A stretch of 63,346 nt of DNA, filler included, from Octopus bimaculoides (taxonomy: Eukaryota), in the NCBI RefSeq assembly GCF_001194135.2. It is 5 parts of 5 records of this genome, joined end to end, with 100 filler letters (N's around TTAATTAATTAA, not from the genome) between each part and the next. Parts side by side here need not be neighbours in the genome. Positions count along the whole stretch, not along the records: positions 1 to 14,761 come from NC_068994.1; positions 14,862 to 28,865 come from NC_068993.1; 3 more parts are not named here. One strand, written 5' to 3'. Of this stretch, positions 13,536 through 26,619 are shown piece after piece (positions within the stretch are counted from its first letter, which is position 1; each line of letters starts with the position of its first letter). The notes under the pieces were generated by a model. It was given only the letters and a program-made list of their open reading frames with translations. It was not told the origin of the DNA and did not search any database. Position numbers and translations under genes: made by a program.

Positions 13536-13751
13536 CAATGGTGTGCTGAAAAATTCCTGGCTTTGGGTCAAAGAAAATACAGGAGGATTAGTTAATTATG
13601 ATTTTATTCAATATATTCCGCTCTCAGATTATACACTTATTGCAGCGGTCCTTCAGTTTTTCTAAGCCTTGCAAAAGAACTCGGAAGTTTTGGCCTCCAA
13701 TCAGGCCTTTCACGACACCCTCAAAGCCAAGAACTTTTCAGTACCCCCTCG
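13536..13751. mobile_element. Second copy of the 217-bp mariner-type MITE, opposite orientation to 7010-7226
   Basis: TIRs ...gctgaaaaattcctggcttt / aaagccaagaacttttcagtaccccctcg with TA flanks. The internal sequence is the reverse complement of the first copy. Confidence 0.85.
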
Positions 13752-14761
13752 TAATTAAAGATCTGCCTGCCAATGCTGTATGACGTTGTTTTAAAAAACG
13801 TCGAACGATGCCATCCGTAAGAAAGACTGTCCTGAGGTAAATGCAGAAAATATCTGCGTTTTAAAATACATATATATCGCTACAAGAAATATTGGTGGAA
13901 CACTAGTATCAAAAATTCAGCCAAGAGCGTACGTAAGTGATGTGACGTAGTTGTTCAGAACAAGAAAAAAAAAACCCAAAACTTCTGTATTCATAGAGAA
14001 CATTTCTTCAAAAGTCAGCAAGAAGGTGAATTTTTTTATAGATAACTGCTTCGAAACTTGCAGCATCTGTACTCAGATAATAAATTTCCATTTATACGAA
14101 TAATTATTGGTGCACTGGTTATGTTAATATGTTAATAAGTATTAAGGCGGCGAGCTGGCAGAATCGTTAGCACACCGGAGAAAATGCTTAGCAGCACTTC
14201 GTCTGTCTTTACGTTCTGAGTTCAAATTCCGCCGAGGCCACGCATACACACACATCCCTCCTTACTTTTAATTCTACCCCGACAGTCAAAGGGAACGGCA
14301 AGTAGTGCTGTTTTTCACTGTTGAACGGTCTTCAGCTAGTGATTAAACCGCTTCTTCAGTCTTCCAACAGGATGTTGCTCGTAGCGAGTGCAGTTTGCCA
14401 TAGCTCTGCGACTGAACCATCTCAGCTGATATCTGAGCGTGGATTCAGTCCTTTAGGTGTAGGTACAACGGAGGATCTCTATGAACATAATCCTTGTAAG
14501 GAGACCAAAGGGATCTTTTGGAGATACTGGATGTTGAAGGCCCCCAGATTTTTAAGGTTTTGGGAGCGTGTCGTAAATTGAACAATGATATCCGGAGGAA
14601 AAACTGTTTTTAAGAAATGTAGAGAATGCTCCTACACGCACCCCGCCACGCACACACACTCACATACTTACATACATACCTTTTATTTGATTCAGCCATT
14701 TGACTGCGGCAATACTCGGCACCGCCTTGAAGGATTTTTTGTCGAATGAATTGACCCCAAT

Positions 14762-14861
14762 NNNNNNNNNNNNNNNNNNNNNNNNNNNNNNNNNNNNNNN
14801 NNNNNTTAATTAATTAANNNNNNNNNNNNNNNNNNNNNNNNNNNNNNNNNNNNNNNNNNNN
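14762..14861. other. Artificial scaffold-joining spacer (44 N + TTAATTAATTAA + 44 N)
   Basis: Identical 100-bp structure occurs four times. TTAATTAATTAA contains stop codons in all six frames. Confidence 0.95.
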
Positions 14862-15841
14862 GTGTGTGTGTGTGTGCGCGCGTGTGTGTGTTTGTCTCCC
14901 AACATCGCTTGACAGCCGATGCTGGTGTGTTTATGTCCCCGTAACTTAGTGGTTCGGTAAACGAGACCGATAGAATAAGTACTAGGCTTACAAAGAATAA
15001 GTCCTGGGGTCGATTTGCTCGACTAAAGGCGATGCTCCAGCATGGCCGCAGTCAAATGACTGCAACAAGCGAAAGAATAAAAGAAATATATACACACACA
15101 CACATATATATATGTGTGTGTATTTGTGTGTGTGTGTGTGGTGGGGGTGCTTGTGCTTGCGTGCGCATATGCGTGTACCCGTCTACACACACAATAGTAC
15201 ATACGTGTTTATCAGAATGAGATATTCGCAATTACATATATCCTTCATATGTATCGGTGCGTATATCCGTTTGCATACGTGGAAAAACAATTGTTTGCTT
15301 AAAAGAGCTCTCTAAAAAGAAGTCGATTAATTGCTTTATGGACCAATCCTTTTCTTGATTGTTTTCTATAAATACACTACTAGAAGCTTTGAAAACTCTT
15401 TCTGAAGATTTCCCGCTAACGTCGCCCAAATTTCTATGCTTTCCGCCATTTTGGTTTGTCGCTTCATCTTGTTAAATCTTGAATGGAAAGATTTCGGAGG
15501 AATTTCCTTTGAACTGTCAAAACAGCAGCTTGAAATATCAGCAGGACTGGCGTTTGACAGATAATCTAGTTAGAAAATACTTGGAAACCAGCCATTCGCT
15601 TTGTTAAATAGACCACACCCACACGCACACACCCACACACACACGACACACACATACACGCACACACACACACTTGTATGTGTGTATGTGCGCGCGTGCA
15701 TAAACACATATATGTACAAAGACATGAAAGAAGTAAATAGACACCCCTTAAAACATTCTTTTATGTTTATTTTTACTCGAAAAGATTTATATTTTTTTTT
15801 ATTAATGGACACGTTTCAGGTTCTTTATGTGACTGTTTAAT

Positions 15842-16600
15842 CATGCCTCGTACAAAAGAAGCATTGGAACTGTCCAAATTTCAAAGCGGCCGTATTGCGG
15901 GTCAATCTAAAAGTGGTCTTAACGTAAAATCGCATAAAACCTTGGGATACCGTTTCCTACAGTTAATAGGGTGACTATGCAATTCACCAGAGAGGGGAAG
16001 GAGTCAACATCACCTTGTCCAAGTCGACCAGGGCCCTCTGATAGGACCCTTTGCTTTGTTAAGTGAAATGTGGAGGATAATCCTCATTGCAGGGCGTCTG
16101 ACATAGCAGAACAAGTTGATGTCAGTCCCAGAACAGCTGTTAGGTATCTTCACAAACTTGGCTACTATGGAAGAAGGAAGCCACTTCTTCAACCAGCCAA
16201 TATCAAGTGGAGAAAAGATTGGGCCAGTGAGATGATGAAGTGGCCGCTAGCATTTTGGGACACTATCACATTCTCTGGTGAGTCCAGACTTGTTGTATTT
16301 TCTCACAGCGGTCGAGTGTGGGTCTGGAGACTGTGATCAAGAATTTGACATGAAAAGATTGCATCCAACAATGAAACAAGGCAGCTATTCAGGGATAATC
16401 TGGGGAACAATGGTCAATCAGAGCTGGAGGAGTGTGAGGGTAACATATGCTCAGATAAATATGTGTCCAAAAAGGATTATCTATGGACTGCAGTTTCGAA
16501 CATTAACGTTTTACTTACGTAACAATTTTGCGCACCGGAGCTGAGGCATTTTGAAAAATAGCCCCAATGTAATCGGTAGAACTATATGCAAGTCTTGTTT
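15842..16600 (+). mobile_element. Tc1-family transposase remnant
   Basis: MPRTKEALELSKFQSGRIAG..., then DNPHCRASDIAEQVDVSPRTAVRYLHKLGYYGRRKPLL...WDTITFSGESR (degenerate FSDESR)...HPTMKQG...IIWG. Several frameshifts and stops. Confidence 0.88.
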
Positions 16601-17139
16601 CATGTAGATAATTCGTGTATAGTTCTGCAACTTATATTACTTACACACGCACACACATACACACACATATACATATATACGACGGGCTTCTTCCAGTTTC
16701 CGTCTACCAAATCCACTCACAAGGCATTGATCAGCCCGAGGCTATAGTAGAAGACACTAGCCCAAGGTGCCATGCAGTAGGACTGAACCCATGACCATGT
16801 GGTTGGTGAGCAAACTACTTACCACACGTTATCTTCTACGGAAACGATCGTGTTTCTAGTAGTCAGATACTTTTGTTAATATATGAACACGCGATGCCTT
16901 CATCAGCGGACTTGGTGAAAAAGTCCTGAGATGTTTGTATTGCTTGTGTAGACACTGGTGATGTACGGAAACAGAGGAATCATGAAAAACAAAAATGCTC
17001 CCAGTTCTCTTTGTGAATGAATCTACGAACATTGCTTGAATCTCTGAAATTCTTATCAGAAACCGAATTAATCAACTGACATAAAATCAGCTGTTATACT
17101 TTTATAGTAATTGTTGGGATAAATATGGTACTGTCGTAT

Positions 17140-17166
17140 CTGCTGCTGCTGCTGCTGCTGCTGCTG

Positions 17167-17236
<70 letters not shown>

Positions 17237-17255
17237 CACTGCTGCTGCTGCCGTC
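17140..17255. repeat. Compound trinucleotide microsatellite (CTG)n(CTA)n(CTG)n
   Basis: Directly visible. Explains the poly-Leu ORF 17125-17310. Confidence 0.95.
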
Positions 17256-17460
17256 GCTGCTAAATACGGACATAAAATCTAAACAAATGCAGACAACAAA
17301 AAGTCAATAAATCAAACGCTAAACGACCAAAATCGATGCTGTTTTATTTCTTCGATGACGTCCTGGCTAACTCGGAGTGGCAGCACAAGTACTGTTTTAG
17401 ATTTGGATTCATTCAATTCGGAGAATTGAACATCATATTTATGTATGTATGTGCGTATGT

Positions 17461-17499
<39 letters not shown>

Positions 17500-17500
17500 T

Positions 17501-17558
<58 letters not shown>

Positions 17559-18452
17559 ATTTGTGTCTGTGCTTGTACCCCGTCTTCACCACCACTGCTT
17601 GGCAACCGGTGGTGGTGTGTCTACGTCCCTGTAACTAAGCGGTTCGGGAAAACTGGCGATAGAATAGGTACCAGGCTTTAAAATTTTTTTTTTATAACAC
17701 AGAAAAGACTTAGTACTGGAGTCCAGTCGTTCGACTTAAATTCTTCAAGGAGGTGCTCCAGCATGGCTGCAGTCTAATGGCTGAAACAAGCAAAAGATAA
17801 AAAATCTAAAAGGCACACACACACGCACACACACACACACACATATATATATAGAGAGAGAGAGGAGGTTCACTTCTTTCTTCCGTGTATTGAATAATTT
17901 CAAATAACTCGAGTATTTATTCCATTTAATCTTAACGTAAACTCATTGGCATGATTAAGAATACAGGGTTAATTTGGAGGCAGAGAGAGAAAGATAGAGA
18001 GAAAGAGCAAGAGGTAGATAGACAGAAAGAGAGAGACAGAGAGAAAGAGAGAGATAGAAAGAGAGGAGAGAAAGTGAGAGAAAGAGAGAGAGAAATCAAA
18101 CAGACAGATAAACAGACAGAAGTCTACAATAGTAACGTTATCTGCTGCCAGACCATACAAAGCTATTTGCCGACAACCGTCACATTTATTGATTAGTTAT
18201 GGCTGGACTCTAACTGAAAACTTCATTTCCTGTGCTTTGTCTTTTTCTTTCCTTCCTTTCTTTATTTCTTCCTTCCTTTTTCCTTCCTTCTTTTCTTTCA
18301 TTCGTTCTTTCCTTGAGATGTCTTTCCTTTTTTTTTATGCATGAAGCATCAGCGTGAGTGTGTGTGTGTGTGTGTCTATATTTGTGTGCGTGAGTGTGTG
18401 TGTGTTTGTGTCTATAGTTGTGTGCGTGTGTGATTATGTGTCTGACTCTTTA

Positions 18453-18489
<37 letters not shown>

Positions 18490-19084
18490 ACGTGTATGTA
18501 CGTGTACATGTGTGTATGTGTGTGTATGTGTGTGTGTATGCAACCGGCTTCCTTACAACTCGCTATCGCCGGTTAGCAGGTATCATGAAGCGAGAAGTAG
18601 CCTGGTGTATTAGTCTTCCTTGGCCAGTACACAGCATCCCCGCCCTCTGTCTTACCCTCCCCCTCTCTCTCTCTCTCTCTCTTCCCCCGCACCACCACAC
18701 ACCAAGACTCTTGCTAAATCTCTCTGCAGTCACACGCGGTCGCTGAGTACTTTGCAGTTCCAGATTAATTTCATAGATCTTGAGACAACAGAGCGTCTTT
18801 AAAGCTACGCTTGTGAAGGCAAACCCTGATGGGTTGCTTCGGTACTTACAACTACTGCCCCCACTATCCTACTGCCTTGTGGGTAAATCGAAGGCAAATC
18901 CTTCTTTCATCTGATGCTCGTATCATGTATCTTTTGTATTTCCTGAACAGCGACGACAAGGGATTCTCCATTACGACAGAAGCATTACTAATAAGATGTC
19001 GCCATGAAATATTCCTCTTCACAGCTGAGTTCTGTTAGGACTGTTGTTCTATTTATTGATCTCCGCTTCTTTAATTTCATTATT

Positions 19085-19420
19085 ATTTGTTTCAGTTATT
19101 TGACTGTGGCCATGCTGGGGCATCGCCTTGAAGAATTTTTAGTCGAATGAATCGAGCCTTGCACTTATTCTATCGGACTCTATTTTGTCGAACCGCTAAG
19201 TTACGGGGACGTAAACACACCAGCATCGGTTGTCAGGCAGTGGCGGGACACACACACACACAACGGGCTTCTTTTAGATTCCGTCCGCCAAATCCACTCA
19301 TAAAACATCGGTTGGTCGGCTCGAAGCTATAACAGAAGACGCTTGCTCAAGGTGCCACGCAGTGGGACTGAACCCGGAACCATTTGGTTGGGAAGCAAGC
19401 TTCTTACCACACAGCCAACG
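19085..19420 (-). mobile_element. SINE family B, near full length
   Basis: Head, body and tail all match family B. Other copies or fragments at ~3640-3835(+), 5775-5915(-), 14680-14761(-), 14862-15080(+), 16675-16830(-), 17570-17790(+), 24466-24740(+), 25150-25310(+), 37630-38050(+), 38095-38215(-), 43055-43200(-), 55085-55395(+) and 63225-63346(+). Confidence 0.88.
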
Positions 19421-19724
19421 CTTTATGGAATTTGATATAACTGTATTAGTCTTTGAAAAATAGAATAAGTTCCAGCCCTTTTTTTTAAAGTAAGTACTGG
19501 AGTCAATTTATTTGACTGTTTAAAGTGGTCTTCCAGCCTAGACACAATCCAATAACTGGAACAGGCAGAAGATAAAAGAAAAGATAAATCTGTCTTACAT
19601 ATCTCAGCTTGTGTAATTTTAGAGATTCTTGCATGAACTCCACCAATTCACGTATTTAAATATTATCTCTCCTCCAACTTTTGGATTTAGAATTTTAATA
19701 GAATATACATTCATCCAGATAATT

Positions 19725-20038
19725 CAGTGGTTCTCAGACGGGATCCATATGACCCCTAAGGGGTTCATACAAGATTTTTGAAGGTCCACAATCAGAAATT
19801 GGGTACCCATATTAGTATTTTAAGGGTTCGTGAAATAATTTTGCATTAGATTTATTTATTGTAAGAAACAGCAAGATTTCTAAAACATTTTACAGATTTC
19901 GAGCTACACAAGTTAAAATAGGAATTTGGAAAGAAATTTCTATAACACTAGTTTTTAAACATCAAATGGCTAAAGGGGTTCGCCAGAATAAAATAGTAAT
20001 CAAAGGGGTCTATAAATAAAAACGGTTGAGAATCCCCG
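19725..20038. mobile_element. hAT-type MITE
   Basis: Termini CAGTGGTTCTCA... / ...TTGAGAATCCCCG resemble hAT/Charlie-type CAG.GGTTCTCAA TIRs. A second 5' end begins at 22795. An 8-bp TSD is not evident. Confidence 0.65.
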
Positions 20039-21240
20039 ATTTAACTGAAACGTCACCTTCACTTTATTATTTCTAAATTAAATCAGTTCTCAATGCAACA
20101 CATATAACAAACTTTTAATTAAAATTGGGGAACATTTCTAATTACATCATTACTTTAAACCCTTTTAAACGTTCATTATAGTCAATTATCCTTAATTCAA
20201 CTACAATCCTCATTAATGTGTTAAAAGCATTATATGTTCGTTTAGTTAAAATAGTTCTTAATTACCTCTGTTAATTACATATTTTAATTTCAACCGTCAC
20301 GGTTGAAACCGTTTTCCCCTATATTTCACGTTATTTCGGTTTTCATCCACTATCACCGTTTGAAAAACACACTCTCTTATACTAAATTTTAATAATCAAT
20401 TCTTTTTCCATACGTAACGAATATATTATAATATATTATAATATCTCGAGTTTTCGGCATTTCTCTGTTCGCTATTGTTTACCACGCTGTTTCCTTCTAC
20501 TGTGGATTCCTTTCAGCGGCACTAATTTTAACCTCTATTCCTAAGACATAATGAATTGCTATTCCGAGTAATCCCCCCTTTTAAAGCACAAAAAAAAAAA
20601 AAACTTTTGGCAGAAGTTCGACTTAGCCGTCAGCCATTTTATAATAAATATTTCACTTAGCATTTTTGTACTGAGCTTGTTCGATTAACGTTTGCGTATG
20701 TCAATCTATCNNNNNNNNNNNNNNNNNNNNNNNNNNNNNNNNNNNNNNNNNNNNNNNNNNNNNNNNNNNNNNNNNNNNNNNNNNNNNNNNNNNNNNNNNN
20801 NNNNNNNNNNNNNNNNNNNNNNNNNNNNNNNNNNNNNNNNNNNNNNNNNNNNNNNNNNNNNNNNNNNNNNNNNNNNNNNNNNNNNNNNNNNNNNNNNNNN
20901 NNNNNNNNNNNNNNNNNNNNNNNNNNNNNNNNNNNNNNNNNNNNNNNNNNNNNNNNNNNNNNNNNNNNNNNNNNNNNNNNNNNNNNNNNNNNNNNNNNNN
21001 NNNNNNNNNNNNNNNNNNNNNNNNNNNNNNNNNNNNNNNNNNNNNNNNNNNNNNNNNNNNNNNNNNNNNNNNNNNNNNNNNNNNNNNNNNNNNNNNNNNN
21101 NNNNNNNNNNNNNNNNNNNNNNNNNNNNNNNNNNNNNNNNNNNNNNNNNNNNNNNNNNNNNNNNNNNNNNNNNNNNNNNNNNNNNTATATATGTGTGTGT
21201 GTGTGTGCATGTATGTGTGTATGTGTGACAGAGAGTGAGT

Positions 21241-21278
<38 letters not shown>

Positions 21279-21626
21279 GAGAGAGAGAAAGAGAGAGTAT
21301 GACAGTATATTACGCATAACATTACTTTTATCAATCCCTGCTTATTACAATCTCGATTACTAGATCTCATGCAACCCGTTACCCGATTTCTATGGCATAT
21401 AAATGATCAACAAGATAACACTCCTCCCGAAAGGGACGCCAGTCTGTCGCATGATTACTCATTTGCACGCCATGTACCGACGCCTATGTTAAACCTTAAG
21501 TTAAATTTGATGGATCAGGTTTATGTTTTGGGGGAACTCAATTCATAACCATTCAGTCTTATTTTCAGACTTACAGTCCCTAGGCCGACATTTTAGGGTG
21601 TAATTTGAACTCGGAACGTTAAGACG

Positions 21627-21684
21627 GACAAAATGCTTAGCAGCATTTCGTCCGTCTTAACGAAATGCTGCTAAGCATTTTGTC
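21627..21684. other. Perfect 25-bp inverted repeat inside a SINE-A copy
   Basis: GACAAAATGCTTAGCAGCATTTCGT-ccgtctta-ACGAAATGCTGCTAAGCATTTTGTC. Confidence 0.93.
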
Positions 21685-21700
21685 AGACTTGCTAACAGCG

Positions 21701-22225
21701 AAGGAGTGGCTGTGTGGTAAGTAGCTGACTTACGAACCACATGGTTCCGGGTTCAGTTCCACTACGTGGCACTTTGGGCAAGTGTCTTCTACTATACCCT
21801 CGGGCCGACCAAAGCCTTGTTAGTGGATTTGGTAGACGGAAACTGAAAGAAGACCGTCGTATATATATATATATATATATATATNNNNNNNNNNNNNNNN
21901 NNNNNNNNNNNNNNNNNNNNNNNNNNNNNNNNNNNNNNNNNNNNNNNNNNNNNNNNNNNNNNNNNNNNNNNNNNNNNNNNNNNNNNNTGTGTGTGTGTGT
22001 GTGTGTGTGTGTGTCTATGTTTGTCTATGTTTGTCTCCTCGCATCGCTTGACAACCGATGCTGGTATGTTTACGTTCCCGTAACTTAGCAGTTCGGCAAA
22101 AGTGACCGATAGAATAAGTACTAGGCTTACACAGAATAAGTCCTGGGGTCGATTTGCTCGACTAAAGGCGGTGCTCTAGCATGGCCTCAGTCAAATGACT
22201 GAAATAAGTAAAGGAGTAAAAGAGA
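21701..22225 (+). mobile_element. SINE family B, full length, abutting or inserted into a SINE-A copy
   Basis: gaaggagtggctgtgtggtaag... through ...cagtcaaatgactgaaataagtaaaggagtaaaag. The internal microsatellite spans an N gap. Confidence 0.88.
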
Positions 22226-22988
22226 GAGCTGCCTCGACTCTCCGCTTTAATGATATGAGGGATGATGCCGTCATATAATCTACACAAAAATAAGATTAGA
22301 TGGTCATGGTTGGAACGCTGTTGTTCATAGGATTCTCGATCAGAGCCGATTTTTGTCACTAAGCAACAAACATACCAACATGTCTCCTTTAATGTAAAAG
22401 AAAAAGAAAAAAAATTAGAAAAATAGAAATATAGACCGCAGTTATTTGACATGAGAATAACGTATTCCACATTTTCTCTCCAGTGTCGTTGTTAAATCTA
22501 ACTCGAACATCTCTGGTTTAATCAGTTCCATAAAATTAATAATTTCCTGTTTAAGATTGAAATCAAGAAATGAAAATCACGTGAGGTTGTTTATATAAAT
22601 TAATGACGCTTGCTTTACTACCGTCTTCTTTGTCAGCCATTTTCTGAAATCCGATGGAGAAAACTAACATTACAGACAACTTTTGTTGTTGTTGTTGATA
22701 ATGTTGTTGATCGTGCTGTTGTTGATGTCATTGTCATCGACGTTGTTAGTGTCGTTTTCGTATTTGTCGTTGGGTGTTTAGCATCCTGTGAGCCAGTGGT
22801 TCTCAACCGGAGTCCATATGACACTTGAGGCTCCACGCGACCCCTTACGGGTCCTTATGAGATTTCGTTCTTAAAAATTATCTGCAATAAATCGATTATA
22901 CTTCTACAAGGCACACAAAGTATTTCAACGATTTTTTCATACAATTCCTAATAATACAGTTCTGTATTCAAGAGATGAGGAATTATGT

Positions 22989-23152
22989 ACATTATTTACA
23001 TTATTTACATTATTTACATTTGACGGATATTTGTCTTCGTCTTGTTTGTTGTTAGCACAACGTTTCAACTGAAATACCCTCCAGCATTCATCAGGTGTCT
23101 TGGGGAAAATGTCGAACCTGGGTTCTCATTCCTAAGCTATTTGTTTTCGATG
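22989..23152 (-). mobile_element. Probable Penelope-like element terminal (pLTR) fragment
   Basis: Starts with (ACATTATTT)3, which recurs at 23430-23452. Carries a hammerhead core on the minus strand. It follows the truncated hAT-type MITE starting at 22795. The Penelope assignment is inference from the ribozyme type. Confidence 0.55.
23054..23099 (-). ncRNA. Minimal type-I hammerhead ribozyme motif, partly degenerate
   Basis: Minus strand: GACAC CTGATGA ATGCTG-gagggtattt-CAGTT GAAA CG T T GTGCT. Conserved CUGAUGA and GAAA boxes, stem I 4/5 paired, stem II weakened, palindromic ACGT in place of stem III. Confidence 0.6.
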
Positions 23153-23472
23153 CTGTGACAGACATATTGCATTACAGCTACCAGATTTTGTAATCCAACA
23201 GCTACGTCGCTCAAATTCCCAAGCTCGTCACCTTGAATCTGCAAGACATTGGAATCATTTGATATTGTTTATCGATAATTTGTGCACCATTGCTATCTTT
23301 GTTATTGAAAATCATTACAGACTTATCCTGTGTTATCTGACGGTGTGTCTGTATTCGAAGTTCCATAACATATGCACATCGTCATTTTCTTAGACGCATA
23401 GACGTTCCGTATGAGCATCACGAAGTTTATACATTATTTTACATTATTTACAGTAGTGGAAATGACGTAGTG

Positions 23473-23515
<43 letters not shown>

Positions 23516-23846
23516 AATATATATATCAGCTTTGCTACTTTATTGTATCTCCAAGTGTGTATTTTGTCCGAGACAGCATAGGGTATATTGATACATTGTG
23601 GTGCATCGAGAAGACATCACATATAAGTCTAATGCCTAACGTCTGAATATTTCTCGAAGACAACAAGATGGACGACTATTAAGTGTCAAGAAAGCAGTTT
23701 AAGCGGACAGTTATTAATGATTTTTCACTCGATTCCAATTAACAAGAAGGACTGCTACGTGCTCGTATTACACTTGCTACGTCTATGATGCAAGAACTGT
23801 GTATAGCCATTTCAATACACACATCACATCACGTATGCACATACAT

Positions 23847-23877
<31 letters not shown>

Positions 23878-24921
23878 CATACATACATATATACATACAT
23901 ACATACATACATATATACATACATACATATATACATACATACATACATATATACGTCTATATAAACACACATATATGCATATATAAACATAGATATCTCT
24001 ATATTTATTCGTGCATACATATTCATATATACATACATATATGTGTGTGTGTGTGTATACATGTACATGCAAACACGCACATGTACATATACATACTGTA
24101 CATACATGCATACATATGTGTGTATGTGTGCGTGTATGTGTGCACACACACACACACACACACATACACACACACACACACGAACACGCACACATATATG
24201 TATATAACTCGGTTTGGATTGTGGGACTCGAAGTAGATAAAGCCATGAATAATAGCCATAACTTATATAAATACTAAATTCATAAATGATATAAATATAG
24301 CTATAGATAATAGCGTGCAATGTCTTCCACTTTCACTTTCTCCCATAGAATTCGTTAACCTAATATTTGGACGCAATTACAAATAACTACTTGGGATGAC
24401 AGCATCAAAAACGAATTATTTCAATGTTTCTCGAATCATCTAAATTCTTACGACGTAACAACATAGGCGCAGGCGTGGCTGTGTGGTAAGTAGCCTGCTT
24501 ACCAACCACATGGTTCCGGGTTCAGTCCCACTGCGTGACACCTTGGGCAAGAGTCTTCTACTATAGCCTCGGGCCGACCAAAGCCTTGTGAGTGGATTTG
24601 GTTGACGGAAACTGAAAGAAGCCCGTCGTATATATGTGTGTGTGTGTGTGTATGTGTCTGTGTTTGTCCCCACCATCGCTTGACAACCTTTTGTCGACTT
24701 GTTCGACTAAAGGCGGTGCTCCAGCATGGCCGCAGTCAGATGACTGAAAAGAATAAAGATGTATTATGTAGGTATATATGTATGTATATCAGTGAGTGGA
24801 CAAAGGAGGGAAAGTTGCATTGAACTCGTTTGGTAGGAGCTACATATAAATTCTAATAGCAGTTTAACTCAGCTCTATATGACATATAGTTACGTGCACG
24901 TATAGAGCGCGTGCATCACAT

Positions 24922-24967
<46 letters not shown>

Positions 24968-26619
24968 AACAATTTATATTATCTCGGTAACACTCTACGG
25001 GTGTCGGCTACCAAATGCTATCATCATACAGTACTGCTTCTCATTTTACTGGGTACACACACTGAAACCCGTGAATATCAAAAGAATTTATACAAAATGT
25101 GTATAGAATTAACAAACTGTGTATAAAATTACCAGTTGATACTGATGGTCTGGTGTGCTTACGTGTCCGTAACTTAGCGGTTCGGCAAAAGATACCGATA
25201 GAATAGGTACTAGGCTTACAAAGAATACGTCCCGTGGTCGATTTGTTCAACTAAAGGCGGTATTCCAGCATGATCGCAGGCAAATGACTGAAACAAGTAA
25301 AAGATAAAAGGCAAATGACTGAAACAGGCAAATGTTTTCACTCTCAAACTAGCATTCATAATAATTTTTCTATCGTCTTGGCCTAACAGCCCTTACCGTT
25401 TGTTCTCACTGTCCTGTTCTTGTTTACACTTTCATCCTCCGCAAAAATTTCCAAATTTTATTTAATTTGCTTTGCGGGAAGGACTGCTCCAACGAAGTCG
25501 CGTATTGTCCTTGCCTTCGAAACGCAGAGTAGATGGAACAGGGACAACTGACGAAGGGGTATACTCTATGTTGCATGTCTCGTTTCTGTGTTTGTTTTTT
25601 TCGTTGTTCGAATAAAAGTTCGTTTCCTGTCTTCGTCTTTATGTTTTCGTTTCTCATGGTGTTTATGTCCTGTACCCATATAAGCTTGTATGTATACATA
25701 TAGATGTCGGTATGTACATATATGTATGGATATATGCATTTAATTATATATTATTTATGTTATGTGAAAATAATAAGGGTAGAAATTTTCATTTCGGTGG
25801 CTAGCAAATGTAATCAAGTCAATAGACATATGTATACGTGTGAAATTTGCCTGCTGCCACCTGCGGTTGTTTTTAGTGTAGGAGACACTACAACTCTACT
25901 ATTGAATGTACCCTTAACTTTATAAGGCAACTGAGTATGACCTGAGGGAGATATGACTGCCATTGTTAACAGTTCAATAGACCATGTAGAGATTTCTCTG
26001 AAGCACCCAAGGCAGAGAGCTGGCAGAACCGTTAGCACGTAGGGCAAAATGCTTAGCGCCATTTTGTTCATCTTTACGTTTTTACTTCAAATTCCGCCGC
26101 GGTCGACTTTGCCTTTTATCCTTTCGGGGTAGATTTTGGGAGGGTCGATAAATCAAGTACCAGTGATACACTGGGGTCGGTCTAGTCGATTTACACCGTC
26201 TCCTGAAATTTCTGGCCTTGTGCTAAATTTTATAACTGTTATTAGAGAAACACACCGGGTTCCATTTTACATTTTATAACTTCAGGACGGGGGTGAATAA
26301 GTACCAGTCATATACTGTGTGCCTACAATCATCAATCCTCTCCCTCCCCCTCCTACCTTTATTGCAATATCAGAAATGGCGGTTTTAGTTGAGAGTCGGA
26401 CGAAATTGCGCATTTAGTTGCGTCCCTTTACGTTGTAAGTTCTAATGTGGTTGCGATCGACTTCATCTTTGAATCCTCCTGGGGTCGATATAAGTCTTCA
26501 CCTGTCTTTCTTGTTTGCCCCCCACCCCTCTTAATGTTTTTTTTCTCCCACTTTTATCTCTCTCTCTCTTTCTCTCTTTCATTCTCTTTTCATTTCCTCT
26601 ATTGATTTCAGGTTTAGGA

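Noticed and set aside
14806-14817. TTAATTAATTAA as a biological motif (homeodomain site, PacI site or piggyBac target)
   Set aside because: Always centred in an identical 44N/44N block, so it is an artificial linker.
18540-19040. Unique, moderately GC-rich stretch with small ORFs (18354-18746, 18829-19038)
   Set aside because: No recognisable domain. The minus-strand block ending at a GTAAGT is closed in all three frames. It could be UTR or regulatory DNA but is unsupported.
25505-25570. GAAAC...CTGACGA arrangement as a permuted hammerhead
   Set aside because: The required stems do not pair. The best helix (ttgtccttg/cagggacaa) encloses the GAAA box instead.
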